In this document: piece after piece, positions 1-12,700 of the stretch | How the letters are laid out: each line of letters opens with the position of its first letter | How positions within the stretch are numbered: position 1 is the first letter of the stretch | Assembly (NCBI GenBank): GCA_013265495.1 | Contig: MU058540.1 | Location: 2,629,696-2,693,695 of the forward strand | Source of the DNA: Vicugna vicugna | Lineage: Eukaryota | Direction: 5' to 3' | DNA length: 64,000 bases | Program-made: the position numbers and the translations under genes | Notes under the pieces: model-generated | The model's input: the letters and a program-made list of their open reading frames with translations, nothing else | What the model was told of the DNA's origin: nothing | Databases searched by the model: none

Positions 1-510
1 GCACTAGCAACAAAAGAAAAAAATAAATTGAAATTCATCAAAATTTAAAACGTTTTCACTTCAGCAAACACCATGAAGAAAGTGAAAGACAAGAAGAGAA
101 GCACAACATTAACCATCGGGGAAGTGCAGATCAAAACCACAGTGACATTTTGCTTCACAGCTGCTCGGCTGGCTACAATCAGACAGTTAGCAACAAATGT
201 TGACAAGGATGTGGAGAAATGGAACCCTCATACCCTGCTGGTGGGCCACAGTGTAAAATGGCACAGCCACTCTGGAAAACAGCCTGGAAGTTCCTCAAAA
301 AGTTAAACATAAAGTTATCATATGACTCAGCAATTCCACTCTGAGATATGTACCCAAAAGAACTAAAAATGTATGACTACACAAAAATTTCTACACAAGT
401 GTTTACAGCATCATTATTCATAATAGTCAAAAAGTGGAAACAACCCAAACGTTCATCAGTTGATAAGTGGATAAACAAAGTGTGATATATACATACAATG
501 GAATATTATA
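1..510 (+). mobile_element. Old L1 (L1M-type) ORF2 3' region fragment
   Basis: Typical L1 3' motifs (gcaattccactctgagatatgtacccaaaagaa; atacaatggaatattat). Confidence 0.85.
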
Positions 511-619
511 TACTGTTTAAATAAGTGAGTTTGTTTTCTCTTTCAGTGGGTCGGACTCTGTTCTAACTGATTAACATAGATTATCTCGTTTGAAGTTCAC
601 AAACACCTCCTCTCTGCAC

Positions 620-1155
620 CTCAGCTAGGCTTCATTCTAAATGCAAATCAGCTCATGGCACTCTCCTGCCTTTCCTCCCCAGAAGCTTCCCTTGTACTTA
701 AGGTAAAACCCAAACACCTTATCACTCCCTCTAAGACAGAGGCCAACTCCTGGATCTCAACTCACTCCGTTGCAGCCATTCTGGCCTCCTTGCTGTTCGT
801 TAAGTCTGTTCCTATCCCAAGAGCTTTCACTCCCAGGTCCCTTTGTCTGGAACAATTTTCCCCAGCTTTTCTCATGGCTCGCTCCCTCCTTTCCAGTCTT
901 TGCTCCAATACCACCTCCTCAGAGAGACCTTCCCTGATCACCTACCCAAAGTCACTCCCCATCACTCAGTATCCTCAGTTCTTCTTTGAACCCACATTGC
1001 TGTCTGACTAGGCTAGAGTCTGGTATCTGCTTTACCGTTTGTCTCCCTTCTACATTGTGAATCCTAGGAGAGCAAGCTCATCTTCCATCCTGCTCTCTGC
1101 TCTAGTTGCCTGGAACTGAGTCTGGCATGTGTAAAGCACTCAAAAATATTTTGTT
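620..1155 (+). mobile_element. L2 LINE 3' fragment
   Basis: Pyrimidine-rich L2-like body ending gcctggaactgagtctggcatgtgtaaagcactcaaaaatatt. Confidence 0.7.
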
Positions 1156-1669
1156 TGTGTGAAGTTGCTCTATCGACATTTTATTTGATTTTGTTTGCTT
1201 CCTTCTTACTTTTAGTAACGTTATTTGTGGGGATCTTCTGTCCTTGTTTTGTATCAGGGAACGTTTTCTTTGAGTGAATGCCTGAGTATTGCCACATTTG
1301 GACCAGAGCCTAGAAGAGGACTTGGCACACTTGAAGCCAGCATGATGGCAGCAGCTGTGATGAACAAGAAAGCACCACAGGTACCTGTTCTGCGATGAAT
1401 TTAAGGGCAGGAAGTTGGGCTCAGAAGGGCAGCCGCCCCTCCTACCTCAGGGTCCCATGTGCTCATTCTCTCTCCACTGCCAAGCCCAGGTTGTTCTGGA
1501 AGAAAACTAAGCTGACTGCAGATTTCATTACCCCTAAGATTTCAAACAGTAATCATTATTCTTTCCTGTTTCCCTAATTATCTCTCACAATAATCAGGAG
1601 AAACAAATTAGGAGTCAGGCCTAGATAGTAACCTCTGGGTTGGTTCAAGGAGGTTAAGCACAATCTAAG

Positions 1670-2010
1670 GCAAAGGGTCTCCTCCCTGACTGAGCATTAG
1701 ATTCACCTGGAGAGCTTTGAAAGTGCCTGATGCCCAGCCCACAACTCATGCCAATTAAATCAGAGTCTCGATGTGGAGCTCGGGCAGCTATGGTTCTTAA
1801 AACTCCACAGGTGACTTTAACATGCATCCTACTTTGAGGGTGTGGAGCAGAGTTTCTCACACTTTAATATGCATGCAAATCCTCTAGGGTGTGTGTAAAA
1901 TGGTAAATTCTGATGCCAGCATCTTGGGCTGGGGCCTGAGACATTGCATGTCTGACTAGCTGCCAGATGGTGCTGATGCTGCCAGACTGCGGACCACAGT
2001 TTGAGTAGCA
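1670..2010. mobile_element. Two adjacent MER5-family (hAT-Charlie) elements
   Basis: Motifs attagattcacctggagagcttt, aattaaatcagagtctc and ggaccacagtttgagtagca. Confidence 0.7.
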
Positions 2011-2194
2011 AGTGTGAAATCAAATACTGGCTTTGACTCAGGTTCACAGCTTTCAGATCTAACATTTGGTCATCGGAGAGTATTAATCCATGTGTTTTGC
2101 TAATTCCTGGGCATCCCAGCTACTGGGCAGCCATTGTTTTGTTTGCTTTTTCCTCCTCCATGACAGGCCCTTGCTGGGGAAACTGAAGTCTCAC

Positions 2195-2325
2195 CTCTTG
2201 AACCATCCTATGATCAATGCTGTCCCCAATGTTTCTCAGTTGCATGGCCAATTTGTGGATTACTTCTTCCTGGTGATGGTTCTGGCCAATGCTATTCTCC
2301 TTGGGCTGAGAAGGTGGGTTGTGAC
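2195..2325 (-). CDS. PXT1: PXT1 internal coding exon with BH3-like motif
   Basis: Acceptor ttctgtcaatgcag| and donor GAG|gtgaga; 131 nt. Translates (G)HNPPSQPKENSIGQNHHQEEVIHKLAMQLRNIGDSIDHRMVQE, matching recalled human PXT1 (IIHKLAMQLRHIGDNIDHRMV). Phase is compatible with the 14033-14204 exon. Confidence 0.93.
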
Positions 2326-2353
2326 CTGCATTGACAGAACAGAGTTCAAAGAG

Positions 2354-2507
2354 AAAATAAGCTACAAGGATATATGGTACAACATGGGGAATACAGCCAA
2401 TATTTTATAGCTATAAATGGAGTATAACCTTTAAAAATTGTGAACCAATATATTATACACCTGTAACTTATATAATACTGTACAGCAACTATACTTTAAT
2501 TTAAAAA
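2354..2507 (+). mobile_element. 5'-truncated L1 3' end with diverged TSD
   Basis: L1MA-like 3' end; flanks agagttcaaagag and agaattcaaggag. Confidence 0.75.
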
Positions 2508-2649
2508 AGAATTCAAGGAGACAACTCCATTAACTATCTGTAGATCACTCACCACTAGTCACTAAAAACTATCTGAGACAATGAGAAGGACAAAATCCCA
2601 ACATCATAATGATTATTGAAAAGCAAAGACTTGTTTTGGAATAGATCAA

Positions 2650-3085
2650 CTCTGTCCGGTAGAAATAAAATTCCAAGCTACATATTAATTTCAAATTTTC
2701 CAGTGGTAAAATCAGGGAAAAATAATTTTAGTAGTATACTTTACCTAAGACAGCATATCCAAAGTATTACTGTTATAACATATAATCAATATAAAATTAT
2801 TAATGGTATGTCTTATACTCTTTTAATTATATTTAAGTCTTCAAAATCCAATGTTTATACTTACAGCACATCTCAAATCGGGTTTTAACTAGTTTCATGG
2901 AAAACCTTAATTTATATTTCATGAAGTTTACAGTTAAAAAGTAAATTCATATACCCAAGTTGTTCCAAACATACTTAACAGTTTTCCAACAATTAAATTA
3001 AGTGTCAGTTTTTAAACTTAAATTAATTAAAATTAAATAAAACTTAAAATTCAGTTCTCCAGTTGCACTGGCCACATATCACATA
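2650..3085. mobile_element. hAT-Charlie DNA transposon fragment (MER33/MER3-like)
   Basis: AT-rich Charlie-like body with ttcagttctccagttgcactggccacat. Confidence 0.65.
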
Positions 3086-4499
3086 CTTTATTATTTTCCA
3101 AGGATTGAATTTTTAATATCCAGAGGGAAAAAGTATCTCACTTTATGCTGAAAAGTTGTGTGGATATGGATATATCCACACACAATTCTGAAAATAAAAT
3201 CACAATCTAAAGGGCCTAGTGGGGAATTTGGAAAACCTTTTTGGTTAATCTTTTTGCAAGAATAATTCCTTCATAAGGCAAATAATAAGCCTCAAGGTAT
3301 TGGAATTAAAATGTGTTAAAAATATTGTCATACATTAAGAATTCTTCAGCTGCATTTAGGAAAACTTTTAAGCAAATATGCTGTTAAGGTTTTGTAAGTG
3401 CTATTCCATTGCCAGCTATCTATAATGTGAATATTTTATTTTCTCATATGGTGGTCATCCTTTTATAATCTTGATCTTGTTTACTAAAAACAGAGGTCTG
3501 GGACTTCTGGTTCAAGACTGAGCACAAGCATTAGCCTCTCCATTTCTCCTAATCTTTCCCAAGACCCCACCAAAATGAAAGTATAGGAAGAGGATGAGAC
3601 CACAACAGTGAAGAGAATGAGAGGCGAGGCAGGGACAATAGCAGATGAGAGATCAGTACATGTTTCTGGAAGGCAGAAAGCAGATGACACAAGATACAGA
3701 CATGTGAGCCAGGCAGAGAAAGTGCCAAGAACCCACAGCAGGGGGTCCTGAGGCTTGGAAGCCCGTTTACTCCACCAAGACCCTGAAGCTGGGAAAGGGA
3801 GACACGCCATTGACTAGAGATCAACCGTACCACTTGGTACCTGTGACAGATTTAAATTAAAAAGTCCAGACCACTCTTCTCTAATAGAAGGGAACAGATT
3901 TTGTGGAAAAAGCTAAAACTTTATGAATGTTGGTGCCTCAGATTAAAGTTGTCCTTGTTCTGGCATTTGGGAGGCCTGGGGCCAGAAAGCCAGCTTCCTT
4001 ATTCATCACCCTAAAGACCCCTCAACTCAGAGGCCTCCTTTGCCCCATTTTATTCCCCACTCAGTGGGAAGTCGTGGAGAGGCAGTTGGGCATAGTGGTA
4101 AGATTCTGAAGCCAAATTATTTGGGTTCAAATGTAAAATCCACTACAGTTAAAACTAGGTAACCAGGGAAAGTTACTTAATCTCTCTATGCCGCAGTTTC
4201 TTCAAACGTAAGATGGGAATAGTAATGTATTATTTTATCAATGTTAAGATTTTATAATTCTGCCAAAACAGAATGTGTTTTATAATCTATGGCATGTTGT
4301 ATTTCAACTGTATTCTTTACCTCTGGAGTAGTAAACAAAATAATGGTAGATTTTACAATTGATGGAGTATTAAACCTAATGAAACACCACAGTAACTACC
4401 TCTTAGAGAGGTTCTTGAGATGGTTAACTGAGTTAATATATTTAACATGTGCAGGACAGTGCCAGGAACATGGAAAAATACTATACAAACGTTAGCTAC

Positions 4500-5071
4500 T
4501 GCTACCACCTGGGAAAACAGTCTTACTCACATAACAGCAGGAAAAAAAAACACACCAGCTACTCAGTCCATATTTCTTTAAAATAATAAAGGATAACCAG
4601 ACAAGTGAGAAGAACCACAGAATGAAAGAGAGATACCCAGTAAATAAACAAAACAGTAATACCGAAGAAAACATATAATTCAGGCAAGACAAGAGAATGT
4701 TTGCAAATTCTAATGTATATGTTTAGAGAAATTTAAGAAAATATTACACTCAGGAAACAAAAGAGTGCCATGAAAAAAGAATAAACCTACAATAAAATCT
4801 TCCAGATTTTAAAAATGTGATTGCTAAAATTAAAAACACAATTGATGGTCTGAAAAAATAAAGTCAAGGGAATCACTCAGAAGAGTCATCAGAAGTTTAA
4901 AAATATGAGAGAAAAGAAAGGTGATCTAGAGAACCAATATGGAAAGCCCAGCATCTGATTAATAGGAGTCGCAGAAAGAGAGAAATCAAGGAGAGAAATT
5001 ATAAAAATAAATAGCATAAGACAACTTCCCAGAGCTAAAGGACACCAAATTTAAGATTAGAAAGTCCCACC

Positions 5072-5113
<42 letters not shown>

Positions 5114-5600
5114 GGACAACAAATGGGGAGATAAAATCCTCATCTCTAGAATATACTGAAATTTCAAAACACTAAGCATAAGGAGATGCTAAAAACCTCC
5201 AGAGGGAAACATGAATTAGTTTGACAACTGACTTTCCATCAACAATGGAAGCTAGAATATAGTAGAACAATTAATGTCCTCAAGGATTTTATTAAAAAAT
5301 TATTTTCAACCTAGAAGTTTATATCTAGCTAAACTCTAAATAATTTGTAAGAAGTGAATGAAGATATTTGCAGACATGCAAGGACTCAGGACGTTGTTCT
5401 CCCATATACAGTTTCTTAGGAAGTCTCTTGGGGAAGTATTCCAGTAAAACAGAGTATGACTAAACCAAGAGAAAAAAAAAAAATTTAGCAAAGGGTGGAT
5501 CTAACCCATGCGAAGGGGAGTCCCAGGATGACAGTGGTACCTGGAGGCCTAGAGAGTGATGAGACTGGAGCAAGAGAGCAGCGCTAGATGGGAAGTCCCT
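4500..5600 (+). mobile_element. Ancient L1/HAL1 ORF1-region remnant containing a poly(A) run (about 5073-5111)
   Basis: Degenerate ORF1-like motifs (taataggagtcgcagaaagagag; aacttcccagagctaaag; ttttcaacctagaagtttatatctagctaaact). Confidence 0.6.
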
Positions 5601-5874
5601 GGGGAAAGGGAGATTTGCTAGAAGAGACAGTATGGTTGAAAATTTGGGGAAACCTGAGGATATTGTAACTGTAAATCATGTGGGGGAGGCAGTGAGAAAG
5701 TCCAGAAAACAAAAGGTCATACAGGAAGTTTATGGTCCAAATGTGAAGCAAATTAAAATGTGGCTTAAGTTGAAACTGAAGAAATTGCTTTATAGTTCGT
5801 TCCAAAAGGGTATTCCTCTGTGTTAAAACTTTATAGTACTTTCCCTGTATGATTAGTGATGAAATAAAATTCAT

Positions 5875-6240
5875 ATTTAAAGGCAAGATGAGAAAAATTT
5901 AAACATAAAAGTTTTGCTTTGCCCATTTGGGCCTCCTCCCTCCCCTTCAGTGTGTACTGTGCATCGGCATTAACCAGACCTCCTTAGGAGATAACCTTTC
6001 TTCTTAATCTTGTAAGGGGCCACGATGACCCATGACCCACTACTTGTAGATCTGGATTGGGTAAACTGTCAATAATACATCATTTAATGTACAGCCCCTT
6101 GTCTCAAAAATTTATGTAACTGTGCTTTGACCTTTAACAGGCAGAACAGTTCTGGGAGCTTTCAATTATAATCCTCAATTTGGCTCGAAAAGAATTTCCA
6201 TTTCTTTTTTAGGTCAATTGATCAATTCTTTTGTCGGTAC
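5875..6240 (+). mobile_element. Solo ERV LTR
   Basis: About 360-bp LTR-like block with a U5-like end (aattcttttgtcggta); family not assigned. Confidence 0.5.
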
Positions 6241-7914
6241 TAGGCATAATATTAAGCAATCACAGCTTTAATCCCCTATTTCACTACTGGGAGGTGATTA
6301 TTCTCAAGGAAAATCATTCCATACAGACTTTATTGCTAGTAGTGACCACCTCTAAATCCCAGAGCATTAAGAGACTTTGAAGAGTATTTGCCCAGCCTTT
6401 TACCTTTATAAAATAACAAGTAGACAAGACAGTACTGGGAGGCTTAGCCTCTCCACATGCTGGACCATCTGCTTCCAGATTGGAAAACATGTGCCTCCCT
6501 TTTTTAGAGACACACCACCTCCCCGAACTCAAGTCTTCATCTCTCACTCAGCATGACCTCTTATTTAGTTAAGGCAAGTGGCTTCTTTTAGGAGAGCTTT
6601 AAGCCATTAGGTAGTGCTTAAAATTCAGTCACTTTGTACATTGAAATCTTTCAAGAATAAAATCAACAATAATTGCCCCCTCTCAAAGGATACACCTTCT
6701 CATAATCAATTAAATATATTACAGTTGACCCTTCAATTCCTAATAATACCTAATCTGAGTCATAATTTCCAAAAATGTGCTTACATTTAGCAGGACTACT
6801 GGTCAATCTCAGGAAGGCCCAAAGTCTCATACCAAGGACACACTGCTCCTTTAAAAAAGAATTGCTAGTATCACCCAGGACTGAAATACAGCAAAAGAGA
6901 ATTAGCCATGCAACTAGAATGAAAGGAAGTTTGCATGGCAGTGAAGTTGGAATTCAAGCTGCCAGACTAGACTTGCCATCAGTACATGTAGACTACTCTT
7001 CCAAGAGGTGCCCTGATGAAACAATGAGAGAGAATGGACAGAAGCAAGAGGAAGAAGTGTGATGAAGGAATTCTCTAAGCTGAGAGTCTTGACCAGGTTT
7101 GTAGGTTGAGGAGAGGAATTAAAGCAGGAGTAAGGGAAAATGGAAGATAAAGCAGGGCAAACCACTGAAGCAAAGTCCCAGAGGTTTAGGAGAAATGAGA
7201 ATGGAAACATGAGGAAGGATTAATTTTGAACAGGAGGGGGTCTCCCTTCCTTTGATATATAATAGATAAGATATGATGCTCTTGTAAGGAAGTCTGGAAT
7301 GAGGGGTAAGGAGATTAAGGTGTTTGCCCTGATGACATCAATTTTGTATATGAAACAGAAAACTCGCCTGCTGAGAAAGAGGGGAATCCTGAAGTGGCTG
7401 AAATTAGTCACTAACAGAAATGGAAAAAAAAGAAAACTGACCAAAGTTGCATAACAGGAGCTAAAGACCACCATCACCCCCTCAAAAAAAGAGAAAAAAA
7501 TATATATATGTAACCTTGATGTGCATTCTTTTTCCAGTTGGCAGGAGTCCTAAACTTGTATCTAAAGAAAAGAAAATTTTATCCTGTCCTCACATAGGAG
7601 AAAAGTCTTGACTCATTACTTTCTAATTACCTGTTCTTAGCTTCTCTATACCTCAGTTTCCTTATGTGTTAAAAAGGGACTTTAAGATTATTATGAATAT
7701 TAAACAATAATGTTCATGAAGTCTTACATCATATGTCTTAACTACTACCACTGGACCTGGTGTTAGACTATATTTACATAGATACAATAATGTAAAACAA
7801 GGTTGTTGGTTTTTAACTTTTAGAATCAACTGATGGAAAAAAAGCACAGAAGAGTTGGTTGCAGCTAGAGGACAGAGTGTAAATGTTAAAACTCAAGCTA
7901 ATAATTAAAAAGTA

Positions 7915-8233
7915 CAGTTGTCCTTTGGTATCTGTGAGGGATTGGTTCCAGGACACTCCCCTCTCCTCTGGTGGATATCAAAATCTGAGGATGCTCAAGT
8001 CCTCTTATATAAGATGGTGTACTATTTGCATATTACTTACACATGTCCTCCCATATACTTTAAATCATCTCTAGATTACTTACAATAACTAATACAATGT
8101 AAATGCTAGGTAAATAGTTGCCACTCGCACAAATTCAGGTTTTGCCTTTTGGAACTTTTTGGATTTTTTTTTTTTTGATCTGAGGTTGGTTGAATCCGAT
8201 GATGGAGAACCCAAGGATATGGAGGGCTGACTG
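7915..8233. mobile_element. MER2-like (TcMar-Tigger) MITE
   Basis: Terminal inverted repeats cagttgtcctttggtatc...gatatggagggctgactg, preceded by TA. Confidence 0.85.
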
Positions 8234-9868
8234 CATAGGGGACAAATAGCAGGCTCTGGAAGGCTAGTGATAAGAAGGCAAGGAAGTTAGCATCTTCCTC
8301 TTATAAAATAGAGTTGTGTGATACTGCTGAAAATATATGAAATAAGAAATAGAAGTTTAAATTATTTAAGTTTGCAAAGACAACAAATAGAAGTATTAAA
8401 ACAATAATTTAACTACCAAACATAAGAAGAGTGCCTCTGGGCACTGGCGGGTACCGCACCACACTTCACAGATAGCACTGGTCCCAGAGCTCGAGAACTC
8501 TACACAGAGTAGTGGGAGGAATGAGATGGGGGAGCAGGGAGGGCCAGGGTATCAGCCAAGGGTAAGCCCCTAAGTAGGTGGCTGAAATAGTAGGTGAAGT
8601 ATGTAGCCCTCTGATCAAAATTGCAACTGTACTGCCTGTCATTTTAGTTTCTATTGTTGTTTTAAAGAGTATCTCACCTCAAGCCATTTTGAAATGACAC
8701 CCTAACAATTAGTTGACACCCCAGCAAGGGTAACTTGACAATTACCTGAGAAAAGGTGAGGGCACCAGTAGGGGCTGAGCACTCACCCAAGAGGGAAGGT
8801 GCCCAGAGAGACGAAAGAGCAGCCAAATGGGGAGACCCTCCCCCAAACAAATGTCATCTACTTCACAATAGTTTTAGGGCCAGCCCTGCCTGTGCCAATC
8901 AAAAGCATAATGGTTTGCAACTATTATTTTAACTGATTCATTGTCACTAGGGAAATATAAAATCTAGTATATGCAGTAAGAAGACGGAATACCAGGTGGA
9001 TAAGTTCCAGTAATCGACATTGGGAGAAATGAAAGAGCTTATGAGGATGTCCGCAACCTTGGGTATCTCCATTGGGTAGACAGAGGCAGAGAAGGAAGGA
9101 CCTTAGAGATAGGATGCATCAAAGGATTGAGCGTGCCCCAAGCAAGAGGTGCGTTTTGCATTCTGGAACTCAACATAATAACTATTTTTATTTTGTACAT
9201 GTCTGATCAACTAAATGGTGAAACCCTTGAGGACATGTATCTATTTCATAACTCTAGGATCTAGCTGGGTGCCCTACACAGATATTGTTGATTATGATTA
9301 TAAAGATGCAGTTGCATAAGGGGGTGGAGAGGAGGACAGAAAAGGTTAGAGTTGGAGGGAAAATTCTGGCTACTCTTGTCAGTTTATCTAAGGACAGTCC
9401 TACCTTTTAGTTTGTCTTAAAGACGGCTCTCCTTTCATTTAAAGTTGCAAAATGGCAACAATAATGCACATTCACGTATTTTAAATGTGGTGGTGGGCAA
9501 TGTATCCATCAAATTTTATGAATGCACATATGCTCAAGGTTATCCTTTGTAGCATTGGTTTCAATATTCAGTGTTTGAAAACAACCCAGAAGTACAGCAA
9601 CAGGAAACATTTAAATAAATAATGGTGTAACCAGACTATGGAATATTATGCCACTGTAAATAAGAATAAGGAAGCTCCATATTAATGCAGAAAGATCTCC
9701 AAATCATGTGTTAAGTGAGAAAACAAGAACAGCGTGCTTAATATGCCACCTTTGCCTAAAAGGGGAGGGGGTATAAACATCTCTATTCACAATTGTTCAT
9801 TTTCACATAAAGAATCTCTGGAAGGACACCCCAGAATCTAAGAACAATGCCTATGATAGAAGTGGTAA

Positions 9869-10309
9869 ATTTGCAGCAACATGGATGCTCCTAGAGAATG
9901 TCATTCTAAGTGAAGTAAGCCAGAAAGAGAAAGAAAAATACCATATGAGATCGCTCATATGTGTAATCTAAAAAACAAAAACAAAAAGAAACAAACAAAC
10001 AAAAACAAAGCATAAATACAGGACAGAAAGAGACTCATGGACAGAGAATACAGACTTGTGGTTACCAGGGGGGGAGAGGGTGGGAAGGGATAGACTGGGA
10101 TTTCAAAATTGTAGACTAGATAAACAAGATTAAACTGTATAAAGCACAGGGAAATATACACAAAATGTTATGATAAATCACAGAGAAAAAAATGTGACAA
10201 TGAGTGTGTATATGTCCATGAATGACTGAAAAATTGTGCTGAACACTGGAATTTGACACAACATTGTAAAATGATTATAAATCAATAAAAAATGGTAAAA
10301 AAAAAAAAA
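9869..10309 (+). mobile_element. Young 5'-truncated L1 with poly(A) and perfect TSD, nested in an older L1
   Basis: ORF2 end (FAATWMLLE-like), 3'UTR and A-tail. TSD AGAAGTGGTAA at 9858-9868 and 10310-10320. Confidence 0.9.
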
Positions 10310-11936
10310 AGAAGTGGTAAGAGCGGGAACTGAGCAGATGGGGGCAAGAACGTAGGAGACTTTTCACTACATGCCTTTTTGTATTCTTTAGTTTCTCAAC
10401 CATGAAAATGTATTTTTTTAAACAAACACTTATATAGCACTTATAATGTGTCAGTCACTGTTGTAAGCCACTTAAATAAGTAATGCATTTTTCTTAATTT
10501 TTATTAACATAAATATTTATTCAAATTTTAACTTTAAAAGTATCTCAGAAGTCATAATTGTATTGTGGTTATGCAGAAAAGTATCTTTGTTCTTAGGAGA
10601 CAATACCGGGAATTACTTAGAGATGAAGTTAGTTTGCAACTTTATTTCAGATGGTTTAGCAAAGAAAAAAAACTGTGCGTGCATTCATGAGTGCATGTGC
10701 ATATGTGTGTAGAGAGAGTGAGAGAGAGAAAGCAAATGCGGCCAAAAAATGATAAATCCATGTGAAGAGTATATGAGTAACCACAGATTTATTTGTGCAA
10801 CTTTTTTGTAAATTTTAAATTTTCCAAGGTAAATGTTGGAAAGGAAAAGTATCTTAGACAAGTCCTTAAAACTTAATAAAACATTTCTGTTTAGTTTCTA
10901 CAAACTCTTTGGACTGGTTTTCAAGGCCCTTGGAATAATCTCAACTTACCTGTCCATCCTCTTTACTCTTCTTCTTGAATCTTATGCGAGAATAAACTGT
11001 TATCTCTATTTGATCAAATCTCACCTGTGAAGCGTATCTCAAAAATTGCTTTATCTAAGATGCCTTTTTTTAGTCCTCCAAAATAATGCGATCTCTCACC
11101 ACTTTAAATATCTATAGCACTTTCAGTTCTATTGAGGTAACATCATAGTTTAGATTTTGCTGGTCATTGCATGTTTTCATTATGTAAAATAACATGATAA
11201 TGCCTATTAGATGTGTATATCACTATACTCACTTACGGGATACACAGTGTCTATAATAATAATTATGGGTTACCAGTTACACCCTAAATGAACTTGGGAT
11301 TGAAAGGAAAGTGTCTTCTGAGAACTAAGAGGCAAGTTTAATGTATGTATAGAGGAAATGGGTAAGATAGGCAGTCATTGGAAGAGGAGAGGCTACTAGG
11401 TCTCCCCTGCAAGCTGCTCCCTCTGCCTGCAGTTTGCATCTTCCTTAACCTCCTCAGGTCTCAGTACAGAGTTAAATCTTAAGGAAAGCCTTCTCTAACC
11501 TCCCTGCTAGGTCAAAAAGCCCCATTACAGCATCTGGACCTTTTCTTAGCACCAGTCACATTACATATTATTGGTATGTGTAACTGACTGCTATCAAGAG
11601 ATAGCAGTACCTTTACCAGTGTCTGCTCCAGGAAAGAAAGGGCTGTTACTGTTTTTGTTCATCATTGTCACCTGAGTACCTAGCACAGTGCCTAGAATAT
11701 AGTAGGCCCTAGTATTTTTTTTTTTTTTGAATGAGTGAAAAAGTAAATGTGTCTTTCACGAGGAGGCAGGGAAGGGGTGGTGAGCCTCAGAAGCACATAC
11801 ACCAAAAAAGGGGCAAAAATGTGCATCTGCTCACTCTCAAAGGGAGAAAGAAGTTGAATAACTGGATCCTCTACTGACTTCTACAATTAATATCTCCCAT
11901 TTATACTACCTATTTATATATATTAAATATATATAT

Positions 11937-11966
11937 NNNNNNNNNNNNNNNNNNNNNNNNNNNNNN
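11937..11966. other. Assembly gap (30 N) within a (TA)n microsatellite
   Basis: N run flanked by atatat repeats. Confidence 0.99.
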
Positions 11967-12369
11967 ATATATATATATATAATTCTGCCTTTTCCTTTCA
12001 ATAATTATTGTATTTTTAGAGGTGGACTTGGCCTCTTTCCACTTTCATTCATTTTTGTTTTCCCAAGAGCGTCTAATTTCTCCTAAATGATGTATCAGTT
12101 TGGTTGCTCTGGACTTCCCAAAATCCTACCCACCTCCTCTAAGTGTCTTTAAGTTCCCCATACAAGTATTATGGTCTTTTTCCCCCAAAGAGTTCTGTTC
12201 ATATGTATAGTGTAGATGTCCCTAAAGTAACAGATAAATTTGGGCTCAGCGAGTCACTTTCCAGCGAACAATGGTTTGGGGCAGTATTTAGAGTGTCTAT
12301 CTTACCTATCTACCTACCTATCTGTCTACGTACTTAACTACCAACCTGTCTAATTTTCTAGGTTCTTAG

Positions 12370-12700
12370 CCAGAGAGGCCCCCAGGGTCCTCCGTGCGAC
12401 CTCCCGCCCCGCTGTGCTGCCGAGACCCGCTCTCCTGCGGGAAAAGCGCTTGGGGCGGGGCTGCGGCGGAGGTCACGTGGGCGGCTGTGACCAACAGAAG
12501 CGCACAAGGCGCGAGGCGGCCGGAGGCCCGGGCGGTGGCGCGCGCTGCTCGTTCCTCGCTTCCGACGCGAGAGAGAGGCAGGGAGAGCCCGCGCCCGGAA
12601 AACACCTCCCGGCGCCTCCGATTACCCGGCTTTCGCTTTCTCGACGCCGTAATAACCACCCCATGTCCCTCTCACACCGCCTCCCTCGGTCAGTACATCC
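12370..12700. promoter_or_regulatory. Orphan CpG island in PXT1 intron
   Basis: Dense CpG in an AT-rich context; GC boxes on both strands, GTCACGTG E-box (about 12472-12479) and CCGGAA ETS core. Confidence 0.8.

Noticed and set aside
3157..3182. 11-bp perfect inverted repeat with a 4-nt loop
   Set aside because: Short, low complexity and no ncRNA context.
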